A DNA stretch of 64,000 nt from Rhizodiscina lignyota (taxonomy: Eukaryota). The notes beneath the pieces are model-generated. The model was not told where the DNA came from. It saw nothing but the letters and a program-made list of their open reading frames with translations, and did not search any database. Below are positions 47,703 to 58,269 of this stretch, piece by piece. The translations under genes and the position numbers were made by a program. The stretch spans positions 1,894,453-1,958,452 of the forward strand of contig ML978122.1 in assembly GCA_010015805.1 (NCBI GenBank). Direction: 5' to 3'. Numbering within the stretch: position 1 is the stretch's first letter; each line of letters starts with the position of its first letter.

Positions 47703-48584
47703 ATGTCATTCCTACCAAGAAGCTCACGTCCTCAATCGCGATACATATGTCAGCGCTGCTCAAATGCGCGAAGGAGTTTCTCCTCGAGAACAGCCCATCA
47801 TTCAATTGCGCCCGAATCCCCTAAATTCATCGACGTCCCTCGACCTCCCCAAGAATATGCGCGCACTCAACGCCGGATCAAGGGTGTTCTTCCTGTTCCG
47901 AAGAATTTATTTCCAAAAGGCAGTGAGGCAAAAGCTTCACCGTTATATCTGGACGCAGTGACCAAAGAACCCTTGACGCGAAAAGAGCTGCAGGGTCCGG
48001 AGGGCGAACGGCTGCTGTGGAAGCAACGCATGGCGGACTCGCGACGGAAGAATCTGAGAGAAGGTATATTGGAACTACACCATCGAAAATCTCGCGAGGA
48101 GAAGGCTACGAATTTTCGAAGAGCGATTCACAGAGCTCGGCGTGAGGCGCTCATTGCGGAGCCAGAAAGAGAGGACGAGCGGCTCACGCGCCCTAGTGTG
48201 CCGGAAGTTCTGCGCGATGTGTTTAAACAGGGCCACCGCTACGATCCCAACAAGGATTTTGAGGAGAGGAGGTTACGCGTCGCTGAACGAGAAGCCTTGA
48301 GATCAGACGCTCGAAAGGACGCCATACATACACTCTACATGCATGCACGCAACTTCATCACTACAGAGGATCAGCTCAACGATGCCGTGGAAAATGCGTT
48401 CACGCGGTCGGATGGTACCCCTAACGACCAGAGCATTTGGGAGGGCGACGAGCCAATGACAACGGCCGATATGTTGAATCCATCACGAGGTCCAGCATTG
48501 AGAGGGCAACCAAATACAAAGGAGGGTCTTGCGGCGGAGAGAATGAAGAAGATTGCGGAGGAGTTGACGGGTGGAAAGATCTAA
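47703..48584 (+). CDS. Probable mitochondrial small-subunit ribosomal protein (fungal mS26-like)
   Basis: R/S-rich presequence (MSFLPRSSRPQSRYICQRCSNARRSFSS). Conserved-looking blocks APESPKFIDVP, KGVLPVP, MADSRRKNLREG, HTLYMHARNFITTE and KKIAEELTGGKI. Family recalled from motifs, not searched. Confidence 0.7.
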   Translation: MSFLPRSSRPQSRYICQRCSNARRSFSSRTAHHSIAPESPKFIDVPRPPQEYARTQRRIKGVLPVPKNLFPKGSEAKASPLYLDAVTKEPLTRKELQGPEGERLLWKQRMADSRRKNLREGILELHHRKSREEKATNFRRAIHRARREALIAEPEREDERLTRPSVPEVLRDVFKQGHRYDPNKDFEERRLRVAEREALRSDARKDAIHTLYMHARNFITTEDQLNDAVENAFTRSDGTPNDQSIWEGDEPMTTADMLNPSRGPALRGQPNTKEGLAAERMKKIAEELTGGKI

Positions 48585-48865
48585 ATTCGCAAATTCTTTT
48601 TGTGTGAGAGCAGCACTCTAGAAAGGCTGCGTCGGCGCCAAAGTCTTTCTGAAGTTTTAGCAGCGTATCCCCAAACATTTATTCGGACCTGGTCTGAATT
48701 CTCTCTATAGGTTTTAGCAATAACGTTAATTCTCGGCAGAACTTCAGTCCTTGATGTGAAACTCCAATCAACTGCACGCGGTAAGGCCACTTTCTCAGAC
48801 GCTGCGGCAAATGATCGCTATGGACCTCTCAGCTCTTATCGAGAACCCTAGTGTTTCCCAACCTC

Positions 48866-48992
48866 CTCACCCAGCCACCATTTTCTCACCCAGCCACCAT
48901 TTCTTATTCAAGCCATTCGATTTCCTATTCGAGCCATTCAAATTCCTATTCAAACCATTTCCTATTCAAACCATTCGATTGTCTATTCAAAC
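48866..48992 (+). repeat. Compound imperfect tandem repeat (two 19-bp units, then about five 16-21-bp CTATTCAAACCATT-type units)
   Basis: CTCACCCAGCCACCATTT twice (48866-48903), then TTATTCAAGCCATTCGATTTC / CTATTCGAGCCATTCAAATTC / CTATTCAAACCATTTC / CTATTCAAACCATTCGATTGT / CTATTCAAAC. Confidence 0.85.
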
Positions 48993-49226
48993 GCCTTGCT
49001 CGGCCAATCCTATTGTTCAACTCTAACCTGTAAAGCTCTGGCTCATCCACACGCAAAATTAACCCATTCCTATCGACATATCCTCGATTACCGAATACAC
49101 TCTCAATCTTCAGTACCCTCAAACTTGCACAGCCTATTTCTCTTTGCATCTTCTGGCCTGAATCTCCTGGTCTCGAGCTGCAAATACAACACACAGAGAC
49201 GTCTCATCGAGAAAGGTGTGACAGCA

Positions 49227-50255
49227 ATGGATATGGCCATGGACAAGACGATTCGGGGCCTTGACGACATTCCCATCGAGAACGGCAAACCAAAAGCTCC
49301 GCTCAAAGTCCTCGTAGTCCTGGTGGTGCGCGAAGCAGGAGGTAGAGGCTTGACTCTGGAGGAAATCTGCCAGCGCATCGCTGAGAAGTTCGAATGGTAC
49401 AGCAAGAGAGCAACCGCGAGGAGAACAATACCATGGGTTGAAGGAGTGGCGGATCTGCTGCATGAGTCCGAATTTCCGACGGTGCCGTCAATGGATCAAA
49501 ACGGTGCCATCCGTTTCCATATACCTGTTGGCCGCGACCATTCCTTGAACCACAACGGTGCTGTCCAGAACAGCTTCCATAAGTTTCACCAACTTCCGGC
49601 CGAGTTACGTAGCCTCGTCTACTACTGGGCCTTGAAACATCCCACGCAGAATGGTTGGGCGGTTCCCGATTCCCCTCACCATCTGAACATAGCCTCTGCA
49701 TCCAATCTGTACTTGGGAATGGGCAATACTTGCCTGACTACTGAAGTTGATGGCTGGCGTCTCCGCTCGCCAACTATGAACACCATGTTGGCACTGCTTC
49801 TTACCAACAAGCAGACCTATTCGGAGGCAAAGGGCATTTTCTACAAGGCCAACAATTTTCGGTTTGGGAGCATCTCTTCGCACGGAGACACTACAGTTAT
49901 GAATGATGGATTACCCGCTATGCTCCCTTTCCTCAAAGGCATTGGATTGGATCGGATGTCATACCTTCGCAGGATCCAACTGCTCTACAACCCTTCCACC
50001 GCCAGTCGCCAGGCGGCGGAAGCATTCAGACTTCTTGCAGAGTGCAAGAAGCTACAGTTCTTTCGTCTGTACCTTGAGGAGGACGATCTCATTTCACAGC
50101 ACACGGACTCCAACGCTATTGGAGATCTTCCAGGCTTGGTCGAGCTCTCGAGACTACGAGGGGTGTCTTTTACCTTTGGTGGCGTTTGCAGGAAGACCAA
50201 GAGCTTTTTGACGCAAGCTGGGGAGCCGAGAGATGATCGGGAGGAGGACGAATGA
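49227..50255 (+). CDS. Hypothetical protein: degenerate forkhead/winged-helix N-terminus plus F-box-like (2EXR-type) region
   Basis: First AUG at 49227 in the 48996-50255 ORF. KPKAPLKVLVVLVVREAGGRGLTLEEICQRIAEKFEWY resembles forkhead helices 1-2. FHQLPAELRSLVYYWAL and ALLLTNKQTYSEAKGIFYKANNFRF are typical of fungal F-box-like proteins. Confidence 0.7.
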   Translation: MDMAMDKTIRGLDDIPIENGKPKAPLKVLVVLVVREAGGRGLTLEEICQRIAEKFEWYSKRATARRTIPWVEGVADLLHESEFPTVPSMDQNGAIRFHIPVGRDHSLNHNGAVQNSFHKFHQLPAELRSLVYYWALKHPTQNGWAVPDSPHHLNIASASNLYLGMGNTCLTTEVDGWRLRSPTMNTMLALLLTNKQTYSEAKGIFYKANNFRFGSISSHGDTTVMNDGLPAMLPFLKGIGLDRMSYLRRIQLLYNPSTASRQAAEAFRLLAECKKLQFFRLYLEEDDLISQHTDSNAIGDLPGLVELSRLRGVSFTFGGVCRKTKSFLTQAGEPRDDREEDE

Positions 50256-50610
50256 GCTTGACAAGGTTCAACACAAACCCAGTCCTTCACAGGTCGCACA
50301 GTCGAGCAGGTACATAAGCCAACAAGCTTTGCCAGCATGAATTGCAGGGGAAGAGCAGCTACCAGGTCAAATCGAACGGAGCTAAAAGAACGGGTTTACG
50401 AGGTTTCTGCAACTTGGATCGGTTATTGATAGTTGAACTTTTACTGTTTGTGCTATATTGGCGGAGCTAGAGAAGCACAACAATCGTATTCTGGGTTAGC
50501 GAAAACTAAATTGAATGAGATCAAATCCTTGCGCCTGTGAAGTCTTCACGAATAAATACCGTCTATCATGAGAGGTCTGAGCAATATCCTATTATATTTT
50601 ATTGAGATCT

Positions 50611-53600
50611 TTAGGCCTTCTTCTTTGAAAGCCTCTTCTTCTTTCGCGACTCTACATATTCTTCTTCGTCATCCTCACTCACTACACCCACTTCCACACG
50701 CTTAACAGATTTCGATTTAGTTCGTTTCTTTCTGTTGGACGTGCCGGAACGACCTGATCGAGTGTCTGCTTCATCTCCATTTGCAACTCCCTCAGCTGCG
50801 CTGTTATCATCCAATTCCTCAGTATTCTCAGCTCCTCCTTCACCGATCGTGTCTCCCCTGGCTCGTTCTTTCATCTTTCCAAGGGCCGTCTCCATTCTCT
50901 TGCTCTTCCCTTCTTCTCTCCTCCTCGGAGCAAATGCACCGGCACCGACGCCACCATAGAAGAAATTCGTGATGTTACTCTGCGTGCCCTCGTCCATCCT
51001 TCGGTTCATGTCCTTGATGACCGGTACCAGAATCTCATCCGTACGCTCTTGGCTCCAGCCGATTGTGCTCATCAAGAAGCTGCGCAATGCATTCAAGTCT
51101 GGAACTCCCCACACGAACGGCTGAGGGTCGGAATCAACATCGGGCTTCAAGTATGCCTGCTCCACTCGTGGGTCTGGGAACGAGAGAGGCAAGAAGAGCT
51201 TTGTTGCGTTGCGCCGGAACTTCTTTCGAAATGAGTTACCGGCGTCGTCAGCTTTGCTACGCAATCCGGTCTGAACTTCGGTCCACCAGTCCTTGAAAGC
51301 GTTGAGGTCATCAAATTCGGATATGATCTCAAGGGCAGTGACTGGCCCAACACCAGGGAGACCCTCTGTGTAATCTGAGCCGAGGAGCTGAGCGATAGCT
51401 ATGAGGCGGTCTCTAGTCAACCCAAATTCGGATTGTAAGTCTTGCGAGAGGTAGCATTCCACAAATTTCGCCTGGTTGAACATGTTCTTGTATACTCTGG
51501 TTCCACCGAAAAGAAAAGTATCGGAGTCGTCAGTCACAATTCCGTCCACGAGGCCTAAATTCACAAGTTCGGCGCACTGTGCTTCAGCTTCCATTGGCGC
51601 TGTGACATAGGGTAGGCCGAACAGTGCAAGTAACTGCTGACACTCTTGTATCATGACTTGCGTTACCTCGTCGGCATCACGGCGGTCCTTTTTTTGCTGA
51701 TTTCGCAGTTGGCGTAGTTCTTTCTCGTAGCCAGTGGGATCGGCACTGGCGCCGTTGTTGAGACTTGAAGCAAAGCGTGCATGTTCTTCTTCCTCTTGCG
51801 CAAGCTGGCGGAACAGCTCTTCGTCTTCGGGGTCCGAATACAGTTCTTCGAATTCTTCTGCGTCTAAGTCGATGGGGATGTCCTGATCTGCAAGTCCAGA
51901 TGCAGGAATTGGACCAGAAGCGGTATCATCAAGAGTGGGATGGAATTGCGGTTGGTCTTCCGGCACTGCTGGTATACCGCTCGTCGTCAGAACATCTTCA
52001 AATTCTGGCGATGGCGATGGTGATCCCACAGTTCGAAGCTCTCCGCCAGCAGGTGTAACATTATCTTGGGGACGGGACTTCGGCCTTTCTTCATCGCTGT
52101 CGGACCAGTCCAACATCTCTTCGTCCGATTCCTCAGGTGACCGATCAGGCTTTGAAGGTGCTTCAGTATTTGCTGTTTCAACCGAGTCGTTGACGGACTT
52201 TGAGTTCTGTTCCTGAGTTCGGACATGCTCTTCCGTTCCATCAGGTAGCGGAGGAGGCTCAGCTCGAACCTTATCAGCCAGATCACCCATACGTAGTTCA
52301 GGATCTTCGAGCAAGACTTCTGTATCAGCATGGCCGTCTTGCATCTCATCAGCTTCGAGGTCACTGACTTCCCGACCCTGAATAGGTTCCGCGTCGAGGT
52401 CAATGATCTCTTTCGCTCTCTCTGAGATCAGTGCTGGTCTTTGCTGAAATATAAATCCATCCTCAGCTTCTTTCTCTTTCGCCAAACGCTCTTCCTCTCT
52501 GTCTTTCTGCTCGATGACCTTTTGAGCACTCATGTCATTTTGCATGTCACTAGAGAACCACGGGGGTACGGGGACAGCATCTCGTTTCTTATTTCCTTCT
52601 CCGACATCTTTTTCAAACCCACCAGATGCATCCTCCTCAAGCTGTTTCATCCTCTTCTTGCCAAGCAGAGAACTCCCGAGGTCGAGCTTTTCGAAAGGGA
52701 GCGGACCATCGAAACCTGCTGCCTTTGATGCGGTCGTTGTAGGTGACTTTATCTGTCGTCCTTCTCGAGCTTTGGGTCTCGGTACTATCGGGGCGGCTGG
52801 CCTCACCGACCTTGCCTTGTACTTCGAGCGCCTTGATTCAGCAAGCGCGCCACGCAGATTAAAATCTTCATTCTCGCTGTCGCTTTCCGCGAACGGTCCC
52901 GATACTGTCACTTTATTGCTACGGCTATTGGCCATTCTTGCGATGGCAGTACCGGAACCTCCAGTGAATGGAGTTGCTTCTGGCGCTTTCGTCTGATTGA
53001 ATACCTCTTCATAGTCGTCATCTTCAGCCTCGGCCTCCGATGGTGGTCGATCATTCTCAAGTGACATCTCGATAGCGCGTTGAAGATCTCTCGCCTCCTC
53101 ATCTTCGAACTGATTGCCACTTGCCTGTGGAGCAGCAGCGTTCGTACCAGCAACGTCTTCCCACTCTTCTTCATCGTCGTCATCAGCAACGAATAATGAA
53201 TCAGGTTCTTCATTTACGGGAGCACGGCGAGATGAACGGTTTGAATGGTTTTGGTTTCGTGATTTGTAGAATTTCTGTCGCCGTTGGGCAAGTTCTCCAG
53301 CCGTAGAGTCCCCCTCTGGCGAATTTGGTCTTCTCTTTGCAAGACGATTCAGACCTTCGATGGGAACGTCCTCGAACTCATCTTCATCCTCCCAATCCTC
53401 ATCATCCAGCACTGGAGTTTCTGGCCTGTCCAACGCGTCCACGTCAATCGGCTTTGTCCGTTCACCTTCTTCCTTGCTGCTGACGACGCCTAGAGCCCAG
53501 CCCCCTTCTACCCCATCATTCTTGACCAAGACGTATTCTCTACCCTTCTCGCCCGCAACCCTGCCAGTTCCATCAACGCCAAATGTGCCATCATCACCCA

Positions 53601-54462
53601 TTCCGTTAATATGCATGAGTCGTTGCGTGAGCTCGTTACGTTCTCTAACCCGCTCAATCTGAAACTTTGAGAATGCCATCCTGTCCGGAAACATTGAGTC
53701 CAGCTGATCTTTTGAATAACCCATCCTCAGTCTACTTCGGAGCCTTGCTGCGTTTAAGATGTTATATCGATCGCTCGCGGGAAGGCTAACAAAGAATGGA
53801 CTATCGAAGTCGATTTTTGAGAAGTCGTAAACGTTGATGTCTTCGCCAGTGTCGAACTGCCTCGCATACTGCTCCAACTCCTCCAAACTCATAATGCGTG
53901 GATCATTTGGAGCACCCATCTCCGCCAGACTCATATCCAGCTCTGGAAGATGATATGCGTCCTTCTTCTTGAACTTCCGATTCTGCTGCCTCTCTCGATC
54001 GTCCATATGCAGCTCATCCACATATACCAGGTTCTCCGGTAGAGCCTCTTCATTGTCATCTTGAGCTGGTCTGGCCCTCTCTTCTTTCCTCTTTCTCTCC
54101 TCCTCCTCTGCCCTCCTTTGCATCTGTACCGCCAACAGCTTTCCAGCCGTCCTCACTGCATCTTCTCTTCTGCCCTCTCTTCGCGCCTTGCGCCCACTGA
54201 TCGTCTGCCTTTTGAGTGCCGGAGCGCCGCCATCGAAGACGAAGACCGGCTTGATGCCGAAGAACAAGAGTTTGCAGATTCGGCGGAAGAATCCAACAAC
54301 GTGGCTATTCCGAAGCGCATTCCCTTCCTTGTCGCGCACGGCTTTGAGGAACTGGTATATCCAGATTGACGCGTCGACGGCGAGTCGTTTCTTGTTCAAG
54401 GTTTCGATTTTGATGGGTCGGGCGCAGGGCTGGACGACGGTCCAGAGACCAGTGACACCCAT
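50611..54462 (-). CDS. RAD2: XPG/Rad2 (Rad13) nucleotide-excision-repair endonuclease
   Basis: XPG-N region (MGVTGLW...LAVDASIWIYQF...PVFVFDGGAP), XPG-I region (APMEAEAQCA, TDDSDTFLFGG, LGSDYTEG), UIM-like EEARDLQRAIEMSL, PIP box QSNITNFF and basic C-terminal NLS. Single exon. Confidence 0.97.
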   Translation of the reverse strand: MGVTGLWTVVQPCARPIKIETLNKKRLAVDASIWIYQFLKAVRDKEGNALRNSHVVGFFRRICKLLFFGIKPVFVFDGGAPALKRQTISGRKARREGRREDAVRTAGKLLAVQMQRRAEEEERKRKEERARPAQDDNEEALPENLVYVDELHMDDRERQQNRKFKKKDAYHLPELDMSLAEMGAPNDPRIMSLEELEQYARQFDTGEDINVYDFSKIDFDSPFFVSLPASDRYNILNAARLRSRLRMGYSKDQLDSMFPDRMAFSKFQIERVRERNELTQRLMHINGMGDDGTFGVDGTGRVAGEKGREYVLVKNDGVEGGWALGVVSSKEEGERTKPIDVDALDRPETPVLDDEDWEDEDEFEDVPIEGLNRLAKRRPNSPEGDSTAGELAQRRQKFYKSRNQNHSNRSSRRAPVNEEPDSLFVADDDDEEEWEDVAGTNAAAPQASGNQFEDEEARDLQRAIEMSLENDRPPSEAEAEDDDYEEVFNQTKAPEATPFTGGSGTAIARMANSRSNKVTVSGPFAESDSENEDFNLRGALAESRRSKYKARSVRPAAPIVPRPKAREGRQIKSPTTTASKAAGFDGPLPFEKLDLGSSLLGKKRMKQLEEDASGGFEKDVGEGNKKRDAVPVPPWFSSDMQNDMSAQKVIEQKDREEERLAKEKEAEDGFIFQQRPALISERAKEIIDLDAEPIQGREVSDLEADEMQDGHADTEVLLEDPELRMGDLADKVRAEPPPLPDGTEEHVRTQEQNSKSVNDSVETANTEAPSKPDRSPEESDEEMLDWSDSDEERPKSRPQDNVTPAGGELRTVGSPSPSPEFEDVLTTSGIPAVPEDQPQFHPTLDDTASGPIPASGLADQDIPIDLDAEEFEELYSDPEDEELFRQLAQEEEEHARFASSLNNGASADPTGYEKELRQLRNQQKKDRRDADEVTQVMIQECQQLLALFGLPYVTAPMEAEAQCAELVNLGLVDGIVTDDSDTFLFGGTRVYKNMFNQAKFVECYLSQDLQSEFGLTRDRLIAIAQLLGSDYTEGLPGVGPVTALEIISEFDDLNAFKDWWTEVQTGLRSKADDAGNSFRKKFRRNATKLFLPLSFPDPRVEQAYLKPDVDSDPQPFVWGVPDLNALRSFLMSTIGWSQERTDEILVPVIKDMNRRMDEGTQSNITNFFYGGVGAGAFAPRRREEGKSKRMETALGKMKERARGDTIGEGGAENTEELDDNSAAEGVANGDEADTRSGRSGTSNRKKRTKSKSVKRVEVGVVSEDDEEEYVESRKKKRLSKKKA

Positions 54463-54605
54463 GATCTGCAAGTGAAGCTAACTTCCATGGGATTGAGGTC
54501 TGAGAAGGGCATAAAGAAATGCAGAATCAGGCCGCGACGAGCACTTCGAGTCACCGTCGCGGGAAAGTGGCGCTGTGGATTCAAGGCGGGGATCTCCGCG
54601 CGCAA

Positions 54606-54613
54606 TCACGTGA
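54606..54613. promoter_or_regulatory. Palindromic TCACGTGA (Cbf1/bHLH-type site) upstream of RAD2
   Basis: Exact 8-bp palindrome about 145 bp upstream of the RAD2 ATG, in a GC-rich promoter. Confidence 0.4.
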
Positions 54614-54745
54614 AGGCGCGGCCCGCAACATTAAGGTTACCATCAAGCAGGGTTAGGGTTATGAGAGATATTTGACTGACCTCTCAGTGGACATCTTGAT
54701 TCCACCAGTGAAGCTGGAGAAAGTGCCGACTTCAGATTACTCTCA

Positions 54746-57257
54746 TTACCAATCCCCTAGTGCTTCTATACTTGGTTTCAACCAATTCTTGATTGGGACA
54801 TCGTAGAGTCTAACCGACCCATCATCACTCGCCACTGCCAAATGCGAATTGGCTCCGTCTTCCCCATGTCGTCGTGGCCGCCAGTTTAGTCGAGAGACTG
54901 TTGAAGATGGAGAAATAGCCTTTTCGAATGCATCCTCCTTGAGGAACGGGGTTGAACTCGAGAACGCGCATATTGCCAATGCGCCTTCTTCAGTCGCATA
55001 AGCCAGCACAATGCAACCATCTACCTCGTCCGGTAGAAAGTCAATCGCTGTAACCGCACTACTACTAGTGATAGTATGATAATTTGTGGCGTTGTTCTGA
55101 CCCAAACGCCAGAGGTTGATCTTTTTGTCGCGACCCGCGGTAGCAAACACTTTCGCGTCTGTCATCAGTGGTGCCCAAGTGCAATCCAGTATCATTCTGG
55201 AATGACCCTTCGGCTCCATGGCCGCTTGCCTGTAAGTACTTTGGTCGTCCTTATCTCGTTGAAAGATAGTCCATTGTCTATCTCTCCCGACACTCAATAG
55301 ATACTCATCATCGGGTGAGAAGCGCAAATTGTGGACTGTCAGTGAGTGTGATTTGAGCGGTGGCTTGAGCTCCCGCCAATCCTTGGTCTCGTATAATCGA
55401 ATGACAGCGTGGTCGATGGAGCTGGCACGACACGCAGTCGCAATAATAGAGCCATCATGGCTTGCTGCGACAGCCGAAATCTCATACCCATGACCGTACA
55501 GCTTCTCACGTTCTGGCCACAGCATATGTCTCGCAAGATGGTCTTCTAAGGGTGGGTGATCCAGGTCAAGCGTTGATTTGTGGACCACTGATGCTGGGTC
55601 TGGTGCTTCTCGCTCATCCCGCTTGTTATCCTCTAAAACTTCATGTTCCTCGATCGCTTGAATTGCTTTATTTGAGAGCCCCAACACTGGGATATTTGCA
55701 GCGTCCGGAAGCGATATCTCTGCTGATCTTTGGATCTTGCACAAGCGAGCCAACAATTTGGCAACAGCGCTGGGTTCGTCGAACACTCGGAGGAGCTTCT
55801 CATCCGCTCCGGAGATGAATTGAGTGTCGCTGATAGTATCGATGCAGTTCAAATCGTAGCCATGGATCTGTGGTCTTGAAAACTCATGCCAGGATCTCGA
55901 GCCATCATCTCTTTTCCATTCTGCAAATAACCTAGTCGTCTGATCGGAGCTTGTTGTCAGAAGATAATCTCCATTCTTGGACCAAGTCAGACTCTTCACT
56001 TCCTTCGTATGTCCTGTTACTGCGACTTGCTGGGACCACATGTCGCTGCTATCCTCACGCTTCCAGAGTCTCCAGCTCCCAGTACGGCCGAGGCTTGCAA
56101 CAGAATCTCCACTTGGCGACCAAAGGCCTATCCAGAAACCTCCAGTACTGCCAGTAGCGGTTGTCGCTCCCTTCTGAGCGCTCACCTCTCCAAGCCTCGC
56201 AATACAAACCCACACGCCGGACTGAGGGTCGGACTCCCAAACAGCGAGTGAGTTATCAGCAGATGCGGAGAGAAGTTGCAATTTTCCGTGCCACTTTCGC
56301 CAAGCAGCGGTGTAAATCCAGTCCTCATGACCAAGCAGCAGCGCTTCGAATGTGATTGAGTATTTAGACGACGCCGTCTGAAAGCGGTGGGCCTTGTTTG
56401 AGAGAGACCGCCCTAACAAACCTAAAGCTGGATCACTTGCAGCGCTGCTGATCGCGGGCAACTCCTCGCCTTCGTGTATGCGCCAGAGTCGTATGTATTT
56501 GTCTTGGCTTGCAGACGCCAGGATGAGATCCCCTCGTTCGTCGTCGGTCTCACTAACGAACGCTAATGAGCGTATCCATCCTTCGTGCCCGGATAAAGAT
56601 GCCACTTGTGTGAATTGATCGGAGCTGGATACATAGACCTGAATCGTTGATTTTGTGCCTGCTGCCGCAAGGAGGATTGACGAATCATGTAGAACTGCGA
56701 GTGACAAAGCGAGAGGGATATATTTCGGGCGCAGCTCTATCGTCTGCACCAAATCTACCTCTCCAACAGAAGCATTCTCTTCCGTGAATCTCCAAATCTT
56801 GATTGTTCCGTCTGCTGAGCCCGAGGCGAATCCGTGAAAGCCTGGAACAATCGCGATACAGTTGATGGAGCTCACATGCGCTGAAATTGTCTCCAGCTCT
56901 TGGAACTGAAGTGGTGCATCGAAACTGCTCTCCCACAGGCGGATGGTTTTATCAGCTGAGCCGCTCAGTATTCTGATTTTACTTGATCCAGTAGTTGGGA
57001 GAAACTTCACAACGTTCACGACATCAGTGTGGCCTGCGAGCAAGTCGGTTATGCCTTTGTAATTTAAATCCTGGAGCAGATTAGTGAGAGTTCCAAGTAT
57101 CGCGAGCTGTATGTGATGAGCATACCGACGGGTTCCAAATGGCAATATTGTTTCCTGCTCCGAATGCTAGGAGCCCAGATCCATTGGTATCCCAATCTGC
57201 TGCGGCCGGATTGCGACTCCCGCCAACGGCGATGAAATCGACTTTGACCCCATCCAT
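54746..57257 (-). CDS. ELP2: Elongator complex subunit 2 (WD40)
   Basis: Exon 1 is 57257-57126 (MDGVKVDFIAVGGSRNPAAADW), then intron 57125-57071. Elp2 motifs GHEGWIRSL, ASASQDKYIRLW, FEALLLGHEDWI, WHEFSRPQIHGYD, SGADEKLLRVF, LWPEREKLYGHGYEI. Confidence 0.96.
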
Positions 57258-57477
57258 CTCCTACTGCTATCGACGAATCTGGTGCATCTTCAGGTGCATC
57301 TACTTCAAGAAATGAAGAACACTGCTGGATATCAAGCTTGTAGCCTTCAACACTGTCTCAAAATTCAGCGACGCTAACCTGAACAGGGTTTAGCGCATAA
57401 TTAAACAAAAATATGTAAACTCTGCTCGAACTGTCTGTTTCCCATCATCCCGTTGCCCCAGTCAGATATCAGCTTTA

Positions 57478-57924
57478 ATGGCAGAAGCAGAGAAATCAGA
57501 GGCGCAAGATGTGATCACACTGAAAGTTGAATTCACGTACGATCTGCAATTCCTTCAAAACAGGCCGTCACTGACTTCAATAGCGGCGGACTGGAGATGC
57601 TCTTTTCGAACATAAAAGAGCACAAATTATCGCTGCCAGCAAAAGACGAACAGGACAAGGCCACTACAGTCAACTATCTTGTTGATTACCTATGTAAAAA
57701 GGTGATGAAGGACCGCAGAAAGGAGCTGTTTGTACAGGATGGCACCGTGTATGTGTCTTGAAAGCAGGCTGCTGAAATTATGCGAACTCGAACTAATCGG
57801 CGACAGTCGTCCCGGAATTCTTGTTCTGATCAACGATGCGGACTGGGAGCTGGAAGGCGAGGGATCATATGAGCTTCAACCGGAAGACAACATACTCTTC
57901 GTATCGACTTTGCACGGCGGCTGA
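57478..57924 (+). CDS. URM1: Ubiquitin-related modifier / sulfur carrier Urm1
   Basis: Three exons (57478-57536, 57584-57748, 57807-57924) splice to ...[15 protein letters not shown]...[32 protein letters not shown]...[10 protein letters not shown], ending in the C-terminal GG. Confidence 0.97.
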
Positions 57925-58269
57925 GGAGACATTTCTCAACGTCAGGTAGGGCAAAGGTTCGAGCAGGGGCGGAAACGGAACGAAAATTCTCCAGCACGAT
58001 ATGCTTTATCACTTCGTCTCGTTTGGCATAAGGCCAAAGTCTCTCTATCCTTTACACGAGGGTGATCCAAAAGATCATCTCGATTTTGCAGAAACGAACG
58101 CCATCGCCTGCAGTCATGGTATCCCTTCGAACAAAGGAAAACGCCGTTCCATGCAAATGCAAGCCATCAAGTAGCACAAATTTTATACAAAAAAGACGGC
58201 CCAAAGAGCAAGTGAAATCAAAAATACAACAAACGAAGTCAAGATTCCGACCCGGAGGCGTCAACGTGA

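Noticed and set aside
48866..48992. CRISPR-like array
   Set aside because: Units are contiguous and degenerate with no unique spacers, the context is eukaryotic, and there are no cas genes.
54649..54660. AGGGTTAGGGTT as an interstitial telomere
   Set aside because: Only two units. At most a Tbf1/telobox-type site or chance.
57478..57924. Functional link between URM1 and the peroxiredoxin at 3183
   Set aside because: The best-known Urm1 conjugation target is Ahp1, a different Prx subfamily, and the genes are about 54 kb apart.
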